Shown here piece by piece: positions 9,847 to 19,944 of a stretch of DNA of 64,000 bases. The translations under genes were made by a program, and so were the position numbers. Under the pieces are notes generated by a model. That model worked only from the letters and a program-made list of their open reading frames with translations, was not told the origin of the DNA and did no database searches. Every line of letters starts with the position of its first letter. Position 1 is the first letter of the stretch. Source of the stretch: an uncultured bacterium (GTDB taxonomy: Bacteria > Verrucomicrobiota > Verrucomicrobiia > Limisphaerales > UBA8199); NCBI GenBank assembly GCA_963749495.1, contig CAVVMW010000010.1, forward strand, positions 224,001-288,000, in the 5' to 3' direction.

Positions 9847-9925
9847 GCTGTCGCCGGACGGCCCCCGGCTGAGATTGTCGCCGCTGGCGCAGTCTTCGCG
9901 GGCCGGTCCAACCGCCCTGTCCTGG

Positions 9926-10404
9926 GACGCGCCCGTCGCCGGTCTCGGCCAACGGCCTCCTGGACGGCCATTGGCGGGCGGATAATGGTGAAGACCCACG
10001 GCGAGCGTGGCAGCCGTCCGGCTCTTGCCGCAGCCTCTCCTTTATGTGCGCTTCCACCACATCGTCCTGTCGCCGATGCCGACCTTGGCTGCGCTCACCT
10101 GGTCGGCAACCTCCTGGGGAGCGGCGGCGTAAACAAAAACACTCCAACCGAGATAGATACTGTGGTTGAGACGCGCCCGTGGCCGGTCTCCACGCCAGCG
10201 GTCTCGACGCCAGCGGCCTCCTGGACGGCCATTGGCAGGCCGGTGAATATCGGCAGGAACCTGCCGAAAATGCCCCGAGGCTGGGTTGGTGGGGCAGCTC
10301 TGGCTCCGGGCAGGCCCACGGCGGGCGCGGCACCCGTCCGGCTCTCGCCGCAGCCGGTACTCCAGGTGTGCTTCCACCGTGCGGTACTGTCGCCGGTGCC
10401 GACC
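9926..10404. repeat. Diverged tandem duplication (9926-10084 vs 10170-10404)
   Basis: GACGCGCCCGT.GCCGGTCTC...CGGCCTCCTGGACGGCCATTGGC and CCCACGGCG.GCG.GGCA.CCGTCCGGCTCT.GCCGCAGCC...CTGTCGCCG.TGCCGACC each occur twice in the same order. Confidence 0.75.
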
Positions 10405-11129
10405 GCCTAATCCCCGCCCCAACGGCCCGCCCGTCAGCTTCATGTCCAACGCGAAGGTGTCCTTGCCCACCATCTCACTCATGCGCCACTCGTTGCCCTG
10501 GATGGAGTCGGCGCAGGTACCACCTGGGCTTGGATGTGTTCGTCGGCAGCGGCAGCCCCAGGATGGACCGTTTACCGGGCCTGGAATCCTCTCAGAGCCG
10601 CCGCAGGCTCGCGGATGGACTTCCTCACCCTGGCCGAAAAGAGGCCCCAGGGCGGCATTGGGGGACGGCCAAGTGCTCGGAGTGGTCGCGCTTAGGGGCC
10701 GCAACCCGTGTTCGCCCGCTTTCCAATCCCCATGGCTGGAAGGCTCCAGGACGGCCCGGCGTTCTGGCCGGTCTTCCTGGAAGTCCATGTCGCGCCCCAA
10801 AAGCGCCGTGGGGCCTCGTGGAGCGTGCGCTAGCCGCACGGGCGAGGGTTGCCAGGTCTTCACTGCCGCCGATCTCCTGGAAGCCGACCAACAGCGGGAC
10901 CTCGGCAGGCGAAAATGCAACCGAAAACCATCGGCGATCAGAGCGCCCACCGAACCAGCCCGCCGCCGCGTCTGTCGTCGCCCACCCTGTCCCCCGCTGA
11001 GCTGCCGGGCCTTAACGTCCTCGTCCTTGCGCACCTATGACCTGAATGACCTGAGATGCCGCATCACCCACCGGCTCAGCGCCAAGCACGGGTCTCTGCC
11101 CGGAATAGGGCGACATCATGGCAGAGCTT

Positions 11130-12272
11130 TCAGTAGTCGTTGATCCGGCCCCACATTTTCCCCTGCTGGTAGAGGATGCTGGTGTTCAACTCGATCTCAA
11201 TCTGCCCATCGGAGCACTCGTAATGCCAGGATACCTGATCGCCCACGGTCTGTGTGGACGAGGGATTTCCCATGAATTTCTTGAAGTCGTCGGGATTCCA
11301 CGCATCAACGATGCGCGCATGGGCGTTTTGGCCGTAGCGGCTCTCCAGCGTGTGGAGCCATTCGGCCTTGGTGGGTTTGGCCTTTCCTCCAGTATTTTCT
11401 GCGTCTCTCAAAAGCTCCTCAATTCGACTGCTTGCCGCGTTGAGGTCGTGGTTCTCCACCGCTTCCATCAACGGTGTCCCGGCCCTGTCCTGTTGGTCGC
11501 CGGGTGCGGGTCTAGGCTTCATTATCGCCGTGGCGATGTAGCCCTGTTTTCCAGCGTATTGGCCTTCCAGGACTTTGACGTAGGCGTACTTTTCATCCTT
11601 GGTGTATGCAATTATTTTAACGCGCACCCGGTCCCCAAGACGGTAGCTTGGCGCATAAACATCTGTGGGGCTGCCGTTGAGAATCACATCGAGGCCCTGA
11701 CGAACCTCGGCGGGGTATTCCTCATGGGTACAGGTGTATTGAGTGAGCACTTTGGGAAGTCCTCCAGTCTGTTGTTCAACCGCACGACGTTTGAAAACGC
11801 CAGACATCATCACGATGCCAGCCAGCAGCAGGGCACTCATTGAGCACAGGAGCACCTGACCCCCGAGCGGTATCCTCTTTCGCTTCGTGGCTAGGTCAGC
11901 CGCTATCATGCGCAAGCCCCAAGCGAAAATCACGGTGAGGCTGCCCCCAAAAAATGCCCAACCGCGATTCTGGTCTGAAAACGCCGCTGACAGAATCGTG
12001 AATCCAACGATGTAGAGAAAGATGCCGATGCCACGAAGAAGCTCTCTGCCTCGCCTGGCCTCATCCTCGGGCGCAGGCGGTGCGCTCGGGTGCTGCGCCC
12101 CCCGTGTGTCCCACTTTTCATCGCGCTGTTTCGGTGGTTTGGGCACCGTTTGCGCTTCCAACAGACGATTTGCCTGTTGGAGTGTGACGGCAACCGGGCA
12201 GCCGCAATGCGGACACGCTGTGGCCTGGCTGGATACGTCGTTGCCACACTCAGAGCATTTGATGAGCGCCAT
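11130..12272 (-). CDS. Zinc-ribbon membrane protein with a novel C-terminal domain
   Basis: MALIKCSECGNDVSSQATACPHCG, three hydrophobic helices, an SH3-like segment, and C-terminal PTKAEW...DFKKFMGNPSSTQT...WHYECSDGQIEIEL. Confidence 0.75.
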   Translation of the reverse strand: MALIKCSECGNDVSSQATACPHCGCPVAVTLQQANRLLEAQTVPKPPKQRDEKWDTRGAQHPSAPPAPEDEARRGRELLRGIGIFLYIVGFTILSAAFSDQNRGWAFFGGSLTVIFAWGLRMIAADLATKRKRIPLGGQVLLCSMSALLLAGIVMMSGVFKRRAVEQQTGGLPKVLTQYTCTHEEYPAEVRQGLDVILNGSPTDVYAPSYRLGDRVRVKIIAYTKDEKYAYVKVLEGQYAGKQGYIATAIMKPRPAPGDQQDRAGTPLMEAVENHDLNAASSRIEELLRDAENTGGKAKPTKAEWLHTLESRYGQNAHARIVDAWNPDDFKKFMGNPSSTQTVGDQVSWHYECSDGQIEIELNTSILYQQGKMWGRINDY

Positions 12273-12368
12273 AAAGTGCCTTTCATTCGGTTGTAATTGG
12301 ATCTCAGTTGCCATCGCAGGGCCTCCTGATTGTCAGCCCACCCGCGAATCTCCACGGCACGGAAATCG

Positions 12369-13007
12369 TCAGAAATCATTGACCTCTCTTATGAGCAGCC
12401 TGCCCCCGCTCATGTTTGGATCAACCAGCTCAAGCTGGATGCTGCCGTCCGAGCACTCGTAATACCAATAAGCGATTCCTTCCATTGTTTGGGTGTGTGA
12501 AGGTTCGCCGACGAGGTTTTTGAAATCGGCAATCGTTGTCAACTTGATTGGCCCGCCCGGATTCCAGTACGGACGCACTTTCTGCCGCCACTCAGCCTTG
12601 GAAGGCAGATGGGGAGAGGTACTTTGCTGGCCGGTCTCGTTACAGCCCGCGATGTTGCTGAGCCAGGCGATGATGAGCACCAGGACGATAATTCCCAGGC
12701 ATCCCAACAAGCCCTGGCTCGCTTGATTCTGCTTCGGCTGCTGGTTGGGCGTGCGAGCAGCTTGAAGCGCCTTTACTTTGGCCTGGTACTCGGCCTCGGT
12801 GATTACCCCATCTTCCTTCAATTTCGCGAGCTTGAGCAGTGATTCATTGAAATCCGGCGCGGGAGCGGGGATGGGCGCAGGCGGTTGTTCGGGAGGTACG
12901 CCGCCCAAAGCGCCCCCGCCACGGGATAATGGGAAGCCGCAGTGCGGACAAGAGGCCGCTCGGGAGGATACCTGCTTCTGGCATTCCGGGCAGAGGGTGA
13001 GAGCCAT
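12369..13007 (-). CDS. Zinc-ribbon + SHOCT + membrane helix + same C-terminal domain
   Basis: CPECQKQVSSRAASCPHCG, then SHOCT LLKLAKLKEDGVITEAEY, then PSKAEW...DFKNLVGEPSHTQT...WYYECSDGSIQLEL. Confidence 0.8.
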   Translation of the reverse strand: MALTLCPECQKQVSSRAASCPHCGFPLSRGGGALGGVPPEQPPAPIPAPAPDFNESLLKLAKLKEDGVITEAEYQAKVKALQAARTPNQQPKQNQASQGLLGCLGIIVLVLIIAWLSNIAGCNETGQQSTSPHLPSKAEWRQKVRPYWNPGGPIKLTTIADFKNLVGEPSHTQTMEGIAYWYYECSDGSIQLELVDPNMSGGRLLIREVNDF

Positions 13008-13087
13008 ACTTTTGAGCGCAAGTTAGGGCCGTCGTTGACACGCAACTACCTACTGACGCCGACGCTGGAGGTCATTTTGATCCTGAG

Positions 13088-13456
13088 TCAGATTCCCAGC
13101 AGCGCCTTCTTCTTTTGGTTAAACTCATCCTCGGAGATCACGCCCTCCTGTTTCAGTTTTGCCAATTTGCGAAGCTGCTCGTCGAAATCCGGTGCGGGAG
13201 CCGTAGCAGCCATCGGTGGAGCAACAGGCGTACCCCCTTTGCCATTGATGCGCTTCAACTCGGGGCGCTTGGCCAGATAAATCGGAAAACCGACGATCCA
13301 GAGCAGTAAGCAGGCGATGGCCCATCCAGCAGGCCCCATATCGCACGCGCCTTTTAGTTGACCCTTCTTGACGCCAATGGCTTTGGCGTCCGAATAAACC
13401 CAAATGCTGGTTCCAAGGACGACGAGGAACACGATCACTGTTATTGAGTCAGACAT
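13088..13456 (-). CDS. Two-helix membrane protein with C-terminal SHOCT
   Basis: IWVYSDAK...WAIACLLLWIVGFPIYL and LRKLAKLKQEGVISEDEFNQKKKALL. Confidence 0.85.
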   Translation of the reverse strand: MSDSITVIVFLVVLGTSIWVYSDAKAIGVKKGQLKGACDMGPAGWAIACLLLWIVGFPIYLAKRPELKRINGKGGTPVAPPMAATAPAPDFDEQLRKLAKLKQEGVISEDEFNQKKKALLGI

Positions 13457-13537
13457 AGTTTTCCTTTCACGGTTGGTTGGTTACAGAGGAGTCATGCCTG
13501 GCAGGAGAAAACCCCGACCAGAATTTGTCAACGATTA

Positions 13538-14632
13538 TCATGGCGACGTACGATCAGCAAAAGCACGAGCATCTGGTGGTTCAACGGGCAAATCGATGAA
13601 TAGACAGGAGGTTTTCACCGCCCTCAGCACCTTCGCCAGGGCGTCGAACTGGCCGTCCGTCAGGTCACCCCGGAATACGGCATCCAGTTCCACTCCCGCT
13701 CGGCGTCGTACGAGACCGGCAATAACGCATTTAATCGGAAGGCTCGTCCCGAGCAGGACGGGCCGATCACCGCTCAATGCCGCGTTCAGTGCCATCTCCG
13801 CGAAAGCCAGGGTCGCGGGCGGCGGCTCAGCCGCAAACTCACTGGCCCCGCCGCGCTCGGGGTCGCCGTATGCGATTTCGAGCCAGCGAACAAACTCCTG
13901 GAGGATCGGTTTTGTGGCGGTCATTGAGCTATTCCCATCCCGTCCTGTTCGGCTTCCGCTTGCGTGTTTCTTTCTTGGGGTGAAGACTCCACCGGCGACT
14001 AGGTGTATGGCGGATTGATAACGCTTTTCGTTGTGCCAGGAGCGTTGCCTAAACCCTCGCCGGTCGGAGCAATGATAATCCTGGTTATCGGCACGTGACG
14101 GGATTGTAGGAAATACAGCCAAACAGCCTGACCGCCGATCCCCGAACGTCAGCAGATAAAGTGACTTCTTCCCGGCCTCGATCTGGATACGGCAGTAGTG
14201 GCCCCAAAAACGATCCAGCGGCGGTTTGGCCTGATCGGGCACCCAGGTCGGCGGAGCTGTCTCCAAGTTGGGAAACAACTCGCCCCGCCGCTTGGGGAGG
14301 ATGCCAAAATCCCGACAACTGGGCCAGTCAAAGCTAATCGTCCGGCGCTCCTCCAAGCCGCTTAGCAACGCCCTGATGTCCTCCAGGCTCCGTCTCAATT
14401 CACAGAAAATCAGCGTTCGACAAACGCCAACCCGAGGCAGGCAGTCCACGAAAGAAAACCGGCCCGAAGGGTCCCCAGGGAAAAGACAGACGGGGTTGTA
14501 CTCGTCGCCATCAGGATTCTCGAAGAAGTTCAAGAGGTCCTTGTAGTCAACGTGGTCGCCCTGGTCGAGCTGCCAGTGGGTGCCTAACGCCTTGGGGTCG
14601 CTCTCCGGCTTTGTTGGCTTCTTTCTTTTCAT
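13538..14632 (-). CDS. Hypothetical protein whose last ~128 aa resemble a DnaB helicase internal segment (may be a separate gene from ATG13924)
   Basis: MALNAALSGDRPVLL...RAGVELDAVFRGDLTDGQFDALAKVLRAVKTSCLFID resembles the DnaB stretch after Walker A. Confidence 0.5.
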   Translation of the reverse strand: MKRKKPTKPESDPKALGTHWQLDQGDHVDYKDLLNFFENPDGDEYNPVCLFPGDPSGRFSFVDCLPRVGVCRTLIFCELRRSLEDIRALLSGLEERRTISFDWPSCRDFGILPKRRGELFPNLETAPPTWVPDQAKPPLDRFWGHYCRIQIEAGKKSLYLLTFGDRRSGCLAVFPTIPSRADNQDYHCSDRRGFRQRSWHNEKRYQSAIHLVAGGVFTPRKKHASGSRTGRDGNSSMTATKPILQEFVRWLEIAYGDPERGGASEFAAEPPPATLAFAEMALNAALSGDRPVLLGTSLPIKCVIAGLVRRRAGVELDAVFRGDLTDGQFDALAKVLRAVKTSCLFIDLPVEPPDARAFADRTSP

Positions 14633-14951
14633 GGCTTTGCCTGTTTCTTGCGCCGACCGGCCATGGCCAACGGAAAAGAAAGGGGCGCGAACCCGTCGCA
14701 CCCCCATCTGAGGCACCGCGAAGCGCCCGTGTAGGAGAATGCGCCAAGCCGCGCCCGATTGGGCGCTGGCTCAGCGCGGCCCCTACACTTGAAATTCGCG
14801 GTTTCCAGATGGGCCGCAGCCGTGCTGCGCTAAATTGTTATGTCAAAGAGCAGGGAACATCCGGTAGTTGATTTCGTCAACATTTTTCACTTGGCGAGAA
14901 AATCATCCGGTCCTGGCTCTGAGCGCGAGTGACGCCGGTTTCTGGTCATTC

Positions 14952-16975
14952 TCAAGGCGGAATCAGCCGGTGTGCCTCGAATGAGGGGAACCTCGACTGG
15001 ACGAGCGTCAGGAACCGATCCACCGTGCCATTCGCGACCACGACGTGCTCTACCGGCTTGGCGTTGGGCCTCCGGGCGTTCTCCACATCGGCCTTGCTGG
15101 TGCGGTAGCCATTACCCGTCAACCATCCGGCCAACTCGGAGTAGCTCATCACCCCTGCGTCAAGGCCCCAGGCCGAGCGCACGTACGCCCGCAAGAACAT
15201 GCGCTTGGCGATGGTGATGGCGGCGCTCCTGCGCGGCACCCGCAGCGGGCCAGCTTCGAGCTGGAGCCAATCGTTAAACTCGCTCAGGTCATCGACAGCT
15301 TTCAAGACGCCGCCGCCGCGCTTTCGGAAAGCCTCCCATTTCTCCCGGCAGCGCAGGAAGTCCCCCAGGCAGGCCCAGGGGAACGTGTCGAAGTAAAGGT
15401 GCGGAGTGCCGTTGATGTGTCTGAGGCAAGGGTGAATGGGACGGCGCTTCCAGTCATACTCCATAGAGACGCGCCGGGTGATCGTCTTCCCCACGAGGTC
15501 GCCGCCGTGCTTGTGGATTTCAGGAAGGCACCGCAGCAGTTGGACATCCAGCTTCGATTTGGCGGTGCGATTCTGGAACAGGCTCACCATCCAGTCGTTT
15601 TGTTCGGTTTTCTGCTCCATCTGCCTCGGCGGCTTGATGCCCGCCTTCGCAAGGACAACCGGCTCGCCGGGCAGCGGTTTAAGCGTGGCCTGCCCCCTGG
15701 TCCGCCAGCCCAAGGGCTGGGCTATGCGGTGCTTCGCCTCCAGGATGGTCTGGTCCCCGCAGACGCGCAGACGCGCCTGGGCGAACAGGCGGCACAGCGG
15801 CCCCTGTGTGGCTGCCTGGATGTCGTCGGCGCTGGCCGTGGTCAGAAAGCCGTCCGTGGTCGCGCTACAGACCTCCACGTCGTCCAAAAGCCGGGACAGG
15901 ATTTCCCCGAGGACGGCCCGGACGAACGAAGTGATGTACGCCGCGAAGAAAGGGTTCGTCACGCGGCTCGGGGGCAGCGGGCGGTAGTCGCCCGAGCGGG
16001 AGTCGAAGCAGCGTTTCATCATGAGGCCCTGGGCGAGCTTACCGTACAAGGAGTTGCCAATTTCTTTCCAGAGCTGCTCTGGCAGCGACCCCTTCTCGTA
16101 AGACTTCCTGCGCTTGTTGCAGCCGATGACGAACGCCTCGAAGGGCCGGACGTGAAACGACGAAGGCAGGATGATTCCATCGAGGATTTGGAGCCTCGCG
16201 CCCATCTTCGCGGCCAGGTAGATTTCCGGCGAGCAACAGCAACTTTCGCCGCTGAGCGGGAAGACCAGGCCGTAGGGGGAGCGCACCGGCAGGCATGGAA
16301 ACCGCGTGCCTGGCGGAAACTCGAATCGGACACGGGCGTAGCCCATCACCTCCGGCTGGAAAGCGTCCTGGTCGCGGGTTGGGTGGAGCCGTGTCCAGTC
16401 CGGCAGCCCAATCGTGAGCATCGCGGTGGTGTACGCGCCGCACAGGTCGTAGTCGTTCCAGACGCCCTCCTTGCCCGCGCCGAAGAAAAACTGCTCGTTG
16501 CGCCCGCCGTGATAACATTCGGTCGCGAAGGATTCGTAGAGCTGCCGTGCCTGGAGGGGCACATCGCGTCGGAGCTTGATCGACCGGCCCAGCCGTTTGG
16601 AGTACTTCGGGTCGTTCACATTCTCGGTGCCCAGGACGGCGTGGCGGTCGAGGCCGGAAGCCTCCCAGGTCTGAATGAGCTGGACCACGCCGATGCTGCT
16701 CAGCGTCGGCGGCACGGCATACTCGCCCGTTACTTCGTGGTTGAGGCTCATCATGATCAGCGCGTGCTCGACGCAAATCTCAGGGTCGCGCTGGGCGTAC
16801 TCCAAGAACAGATCGCGGTTCTCCCGCAGGAGCCTGTCCATGTGGCTGATCTGGTCCTCCTCCAGCTCCACCTTCGGCAGGCCGACCAGCTCGCCCAGGT
16901 CGGCCAGGCTCTTTTTGCCCGCTGGGCACAAAAGCAGGCTGTCGCGCATGATGACGCGGACGGCGTGCGCGCAGG
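14952..16975 (-). CDS. Primer-independent-type family B DNA polymerase (piPolB), N-terminally truncated
   Basis: YHGGRNE, motif A DYDLCGAY, motif B KEIGNSLYGK, NPFFAAYITSFVRA, motif C variant SATTDG, and KH...WRTRG (KTRG-like). Begins mid-exonuclease at RDSLLLCPAGKKSLADLG. Confidence 0.85.
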
Positions 16976-17857
16976 CGCTGGCTGCCATCGGGCAAGCTCA
17001 TGGGACGAAGGCTCACCTGTTCCAGGGCTACCGAGAGGGGAAAACCCTGGCGCAAAAGCTCTTGAATTTGGGTGATGAAGGCAAAACGCTCCAGTGCGAG
17101 CGCCTGCGAGGGCGGAGTTGTTGATTTTTCGTTCATGGTCCCTGGTTTAGCCCCTGGGCAACATCCGGCGAAGTTTTACCTTGTGTGGGATCGGTAGGCC
17201 GCTATGGCCACCAGGGGGCCAGCCCGGATTAAACTGCTCCGTCCAGCGCGGCTACGGGACCGGTCGTAGGCAGGCGTAATCACCCAAAAGCGAGCGCTTG
17301 CAGGAGCGGGCCAAAAACCGCAACATCTGCTCCGCCGAACCCATGCCGCGCCGCAACTCTTTCCACAGTTGCTGAACGGTGTGCAGCTCGGACGGTAGTA
17401 TCTGGCCAAAGGACTCTTTGAGGATGCTCACTCTGGTCAGAAAGCGGTCCCAGGCCCGGTGCAAGCAACCGGCCTCGACCAGCCCAGGCGGGGGATCGAG
17501 CCCACAGCTCACCCCTGCCTGGGTATCGAAGAATCCCTGGAGGCGCCCCACTTCCAGCGGCCGATACGTCAGCCGGGTGCCGGGCAGCACCGAGACGGTG
17601 TGGCCGCAACTCACGCACAGAAAGCGCTGCACGCGGAAGCGCTCGCTCCCGGTAGGTTTGCAGAAGCGCCAATAGAAGCCATGACGGTGAAGCCGCCCTG
17701 GACAACCTCGCGGGCAGTCAGGGCGATCTCCGTTGAAGCTGTCGGCACGGACTTGGATGCCCTCTTGAGAACCCCATTATCCCCGGGGCATCAAGCCGGA
17801 TTGTTCCCGCGAACCCGAGACCTCCTCCCCCCTCCAGCAAAGGAACGTCAGCCCTCA
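16976..17857 (-). mobile_element. Fragment of a DUF6431 + DDE-integrase type transposon
   Basis: DUF6431-like ORF followed by the first ~54 codons of a transposase (MNEK...ALERFAFITQI). Putative TG-initiated end TGAGGGCTGACG at 17857. Confidence 0.6.
17252..17777 (-). CDS. DUF6431-like zinc-finger transposon protein
   Basis: CPRGCPGRLHRHGFYWR...VQRFLCVSCGHTVSVLP. The start region appears frameshifted near 17762. Confidence 0.65.
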
Positions 17858-18320
17858 ACGTCCACGAAAAACCCCGGGCCGCCACCGCGTAGAATGCGCG
17901 GCCATTGGGCAGATCCTCCTCGGCGATCAGAAAATCGCCGGCCTTGTCGATAATAATAGTTAAATCCTCAGTCTCTTTCGGCAGCCTCAGGAGACGGAAG
18001 AAGAGCTTCATTGCCTCAGCGACGCGTTTCAGTTGGTATTCGATGGAGGCTACGGTCAGCAGGGCGGGTGCGTAATCGGGGTCGATGGCCAGGGCCACAT
18101 AACCCTCGGGCCAATCCGTCGAGCCGATGCCCTTCTGCCCGGCGCGTGCCAGGGCCTGGCTGAAAAGACCACTGGCCATCGCAGCATGGTAGTTCCAATC
18201 AGCAGCCTGTGCCCGCTCTTTGCGCGACCTGGAAGCGTAGGTGTGGCGAATCTCGGCCAATTCGGTTTCACCTTCGACGAGTTCCGTGAAAGATCGATCG
18301 AGATACATCGGCTCATTCAT
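17858..18320 (-). pseudogene. TPR-like helical protein truncated by the transposon end
   Basis: ALAIDPDYAPALLTVASIEYQLKRVAEAMKLF is a TPR pattern. The sequence loses protein-like character after about 17870. Confidence 0.55.
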
Positions 18321-18347
18321 AAAAACAGCTTGGTAAGGGTCGTCGGT

Positions 18348-18764
18348 TCATCTCAGATACGTCGCCCCAATGTCAAAACCCTCCTCGATTGTCCCAGTCC
18401 AAGCGCCATTGGGCAGCACGCATGGTTCGTAGCGTTCGTGACTGTAAGTGTAAAATGCAACGCTCCAGCTATCCTCCATAAAATGCCGCAAGCGGCAGAG
18501 ATGCGTCGGCAAATTCCGCATGAACTCGAGGTACTGCGCTTGGGTCTCGCCCCGAAGCTGGAGCAGCTTCTTCGAGGGAGGATCGGGTTCAACGTAGGCA
18601 TCGATATAGACCAGCGCACCGTGAAACCGGATGTCGAGCCGAGTGAACTTGCCCGCATAATGCGTGTTAGCATGTGCCAATACCCGCTGCTGAATTCGCG
18701 CCCGTTCGCCAGGTTTTATCTTCACACCACCCGCATGCGGATTATACGTCCAAACTTTTCTCAT
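18348..18764 (-). CDS. Conserved-looking hypothetical protein
   Basis: Well-formed 138-aa ORF (LDIRFHGALVYID...THLCRLRHF...WSVAFYTYSHERYEP), co-oriented with the TPR gene. Confidence 0.65.
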   Translation of the reverse strand: MRKVWTYNPHAGGVKIKPGERARIQQRVLAHANTHYAGKFTRLDIRFHGALVYIDAYVEPDPPSKKLLQLRGETQAQYLEFMRNLPTHLCRLRHFMEDSWSVAFYTYSHERYEPCVLPNGAWTGTIEEGFDIGATYLR

Positions 18765-18892
18765 AGTTGGCTTGCTTTAGCATGAGTATGGCATGCTTTT
18801 GCCCCTGGTAAAATGAAAAACCAAGGCAATCAGGATCCTGAAGGGTGTAAATAGTGTTGACCCTTTTTCTTTTTTCTGGAGGCATTCCTGAA

Positions 18893-19730
18893 GTGCGAAA
18901 GATCAAGAGTTGGCCGTTCATGGTGGGCGCGATGCTTGGGCCGGGCTTGTTGCTGCACGGGGCGGTTTGTGAAGTCGCTCAGCGGAATCCCCAAGCCAGC
19001 GACGAGGGGCCTGGCACGGCGTCGAGGCCCTGGAAAACCATCGGCCGGGCGGTGCGGGCGCTCCAGCCGGGGGACGCGCTCGTCATCCGCGGCGGGATTT
19101 ACCGCGAAGGGGTTGTGGTCAAGGCCGGCGGCACGGCGGAGGCGCCCATCCGCCTCGAGGCCGCCCCGGGTGAGTGGGTCGTGTTGACGGGGGCCGACCT
19201 GGTCACCGGCTGGGTGCGGAGCGATGACGGGCGGCCCGTCTGGCACATTCCCTGGCCGCATCGGTTTATCGGATGGTCCAGGAACATGACCCACCCGGAT
19301 GACGATTTCCACCGGTTCATTGGGCGGTGCGAGCAGGTGGCCATTGACGGGACGCTGCTGCGGCAGGTGCTGGAGCCGGGCCAGGCGGCCCCGGGCACGT
19401 TTTGCGCCGATACCACCAACCAGGCGCTCCTGGTGTGGGACGCCTCCAGCCGGGACCCGAACCGGCTCTTTGTCGAGGCCTCGGTGCGCCAGGAAATCCT
19501 GCGTGTGGAAGGCGAGCACGTGCAGGTGCGAGGCTTGCGGTTTCGCTTCGCCGCCAACATGGCCCAGCATGGCGCCGTGGTCCTGGCAGGCCGCCATGAT
19601 TGCCTCGAGATGAGATTTCCTTCGGCTTGCACGCGTGCGACAACGTGATCGTGGCCAACGGTTTCGCGCCCACGGCCGGTGCCTGGGGCGCCCAGGCCGG
19701 CGTCTGCCTCTCCAGCAGCCCGGGATGATG
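18893..19730 (+). pseudogene. DUF1565 / right-handed beta-helix protein with internal deletions
   Basis: ASDEGPGTASRPWKTIGRA...PGDALVIRGGIYRE. After about 19608 a distal piece (EISFGLHACDNVIVANG) follows in another frame. Confidence 0.7.
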
Positions 19731-19795
19731 AAACGGCTGGAACAGAGCTACCCCAAGCCAGGGGCGCCGGGAGTGGTCCTGGGGACCGAATGAGC

Positions 19796-19857
19796 GGATT
19801 GGTGGATTGGTGGATTCATGGATTGGTGGATTCATGGATTGGTGGATTGGTGGATTG
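19796..19857. repeat. 8-bp tandem repeat GGATTGGT/GGATTCAT
   Basis: About 7.5 consecutive units read directly. Confidence 0.9.
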
Positions 19858-19944
19858 AGGCACACCGAATGGCCCCCCTGGGGCGGAATGGGGGGAATTA
19901 CATGGCGCTGAGAATCAAACGGGCATAACCTCTGGCTTGTGGTT

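Larger units (their letters stand above)
8964..16975. mobile_element. Pipolin-like integrative element remnant
   Basis: Bounded by the tRNA-Leu fragment and tandem arm-like repeats on the left and contains a piPolB-type polymerase. The right part is lost at a transposon junction. No integrase seen in the window. Confidence 0.7.

Noticed and set aside
9926..10404. Possible DGR template/variable repeat pair
   Set aside because: Mismatches involve all four bases rather than adenines on one strand, and no reverse transcriptase is present.
10042..11143. Overlapping 270-330-aa ORFs on both strands
   Set aside because: R/P/G-rich, low-complexity translations with no recognisable domain, so not called as genes.
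14820..14852. dif-like site (TTATGTCAAAG resembles a XerD arm)
   Set aside because: No credible XerC arm at the 6-bp spacing.
15045..17075. 676-aa plus-strand ORF (also 41296-43392, 46194-47957, 25545-27035, 28997-30373)
   Set aside because: These are antisense shadows of well-supported genes in high-GC DNA and show no motifs.
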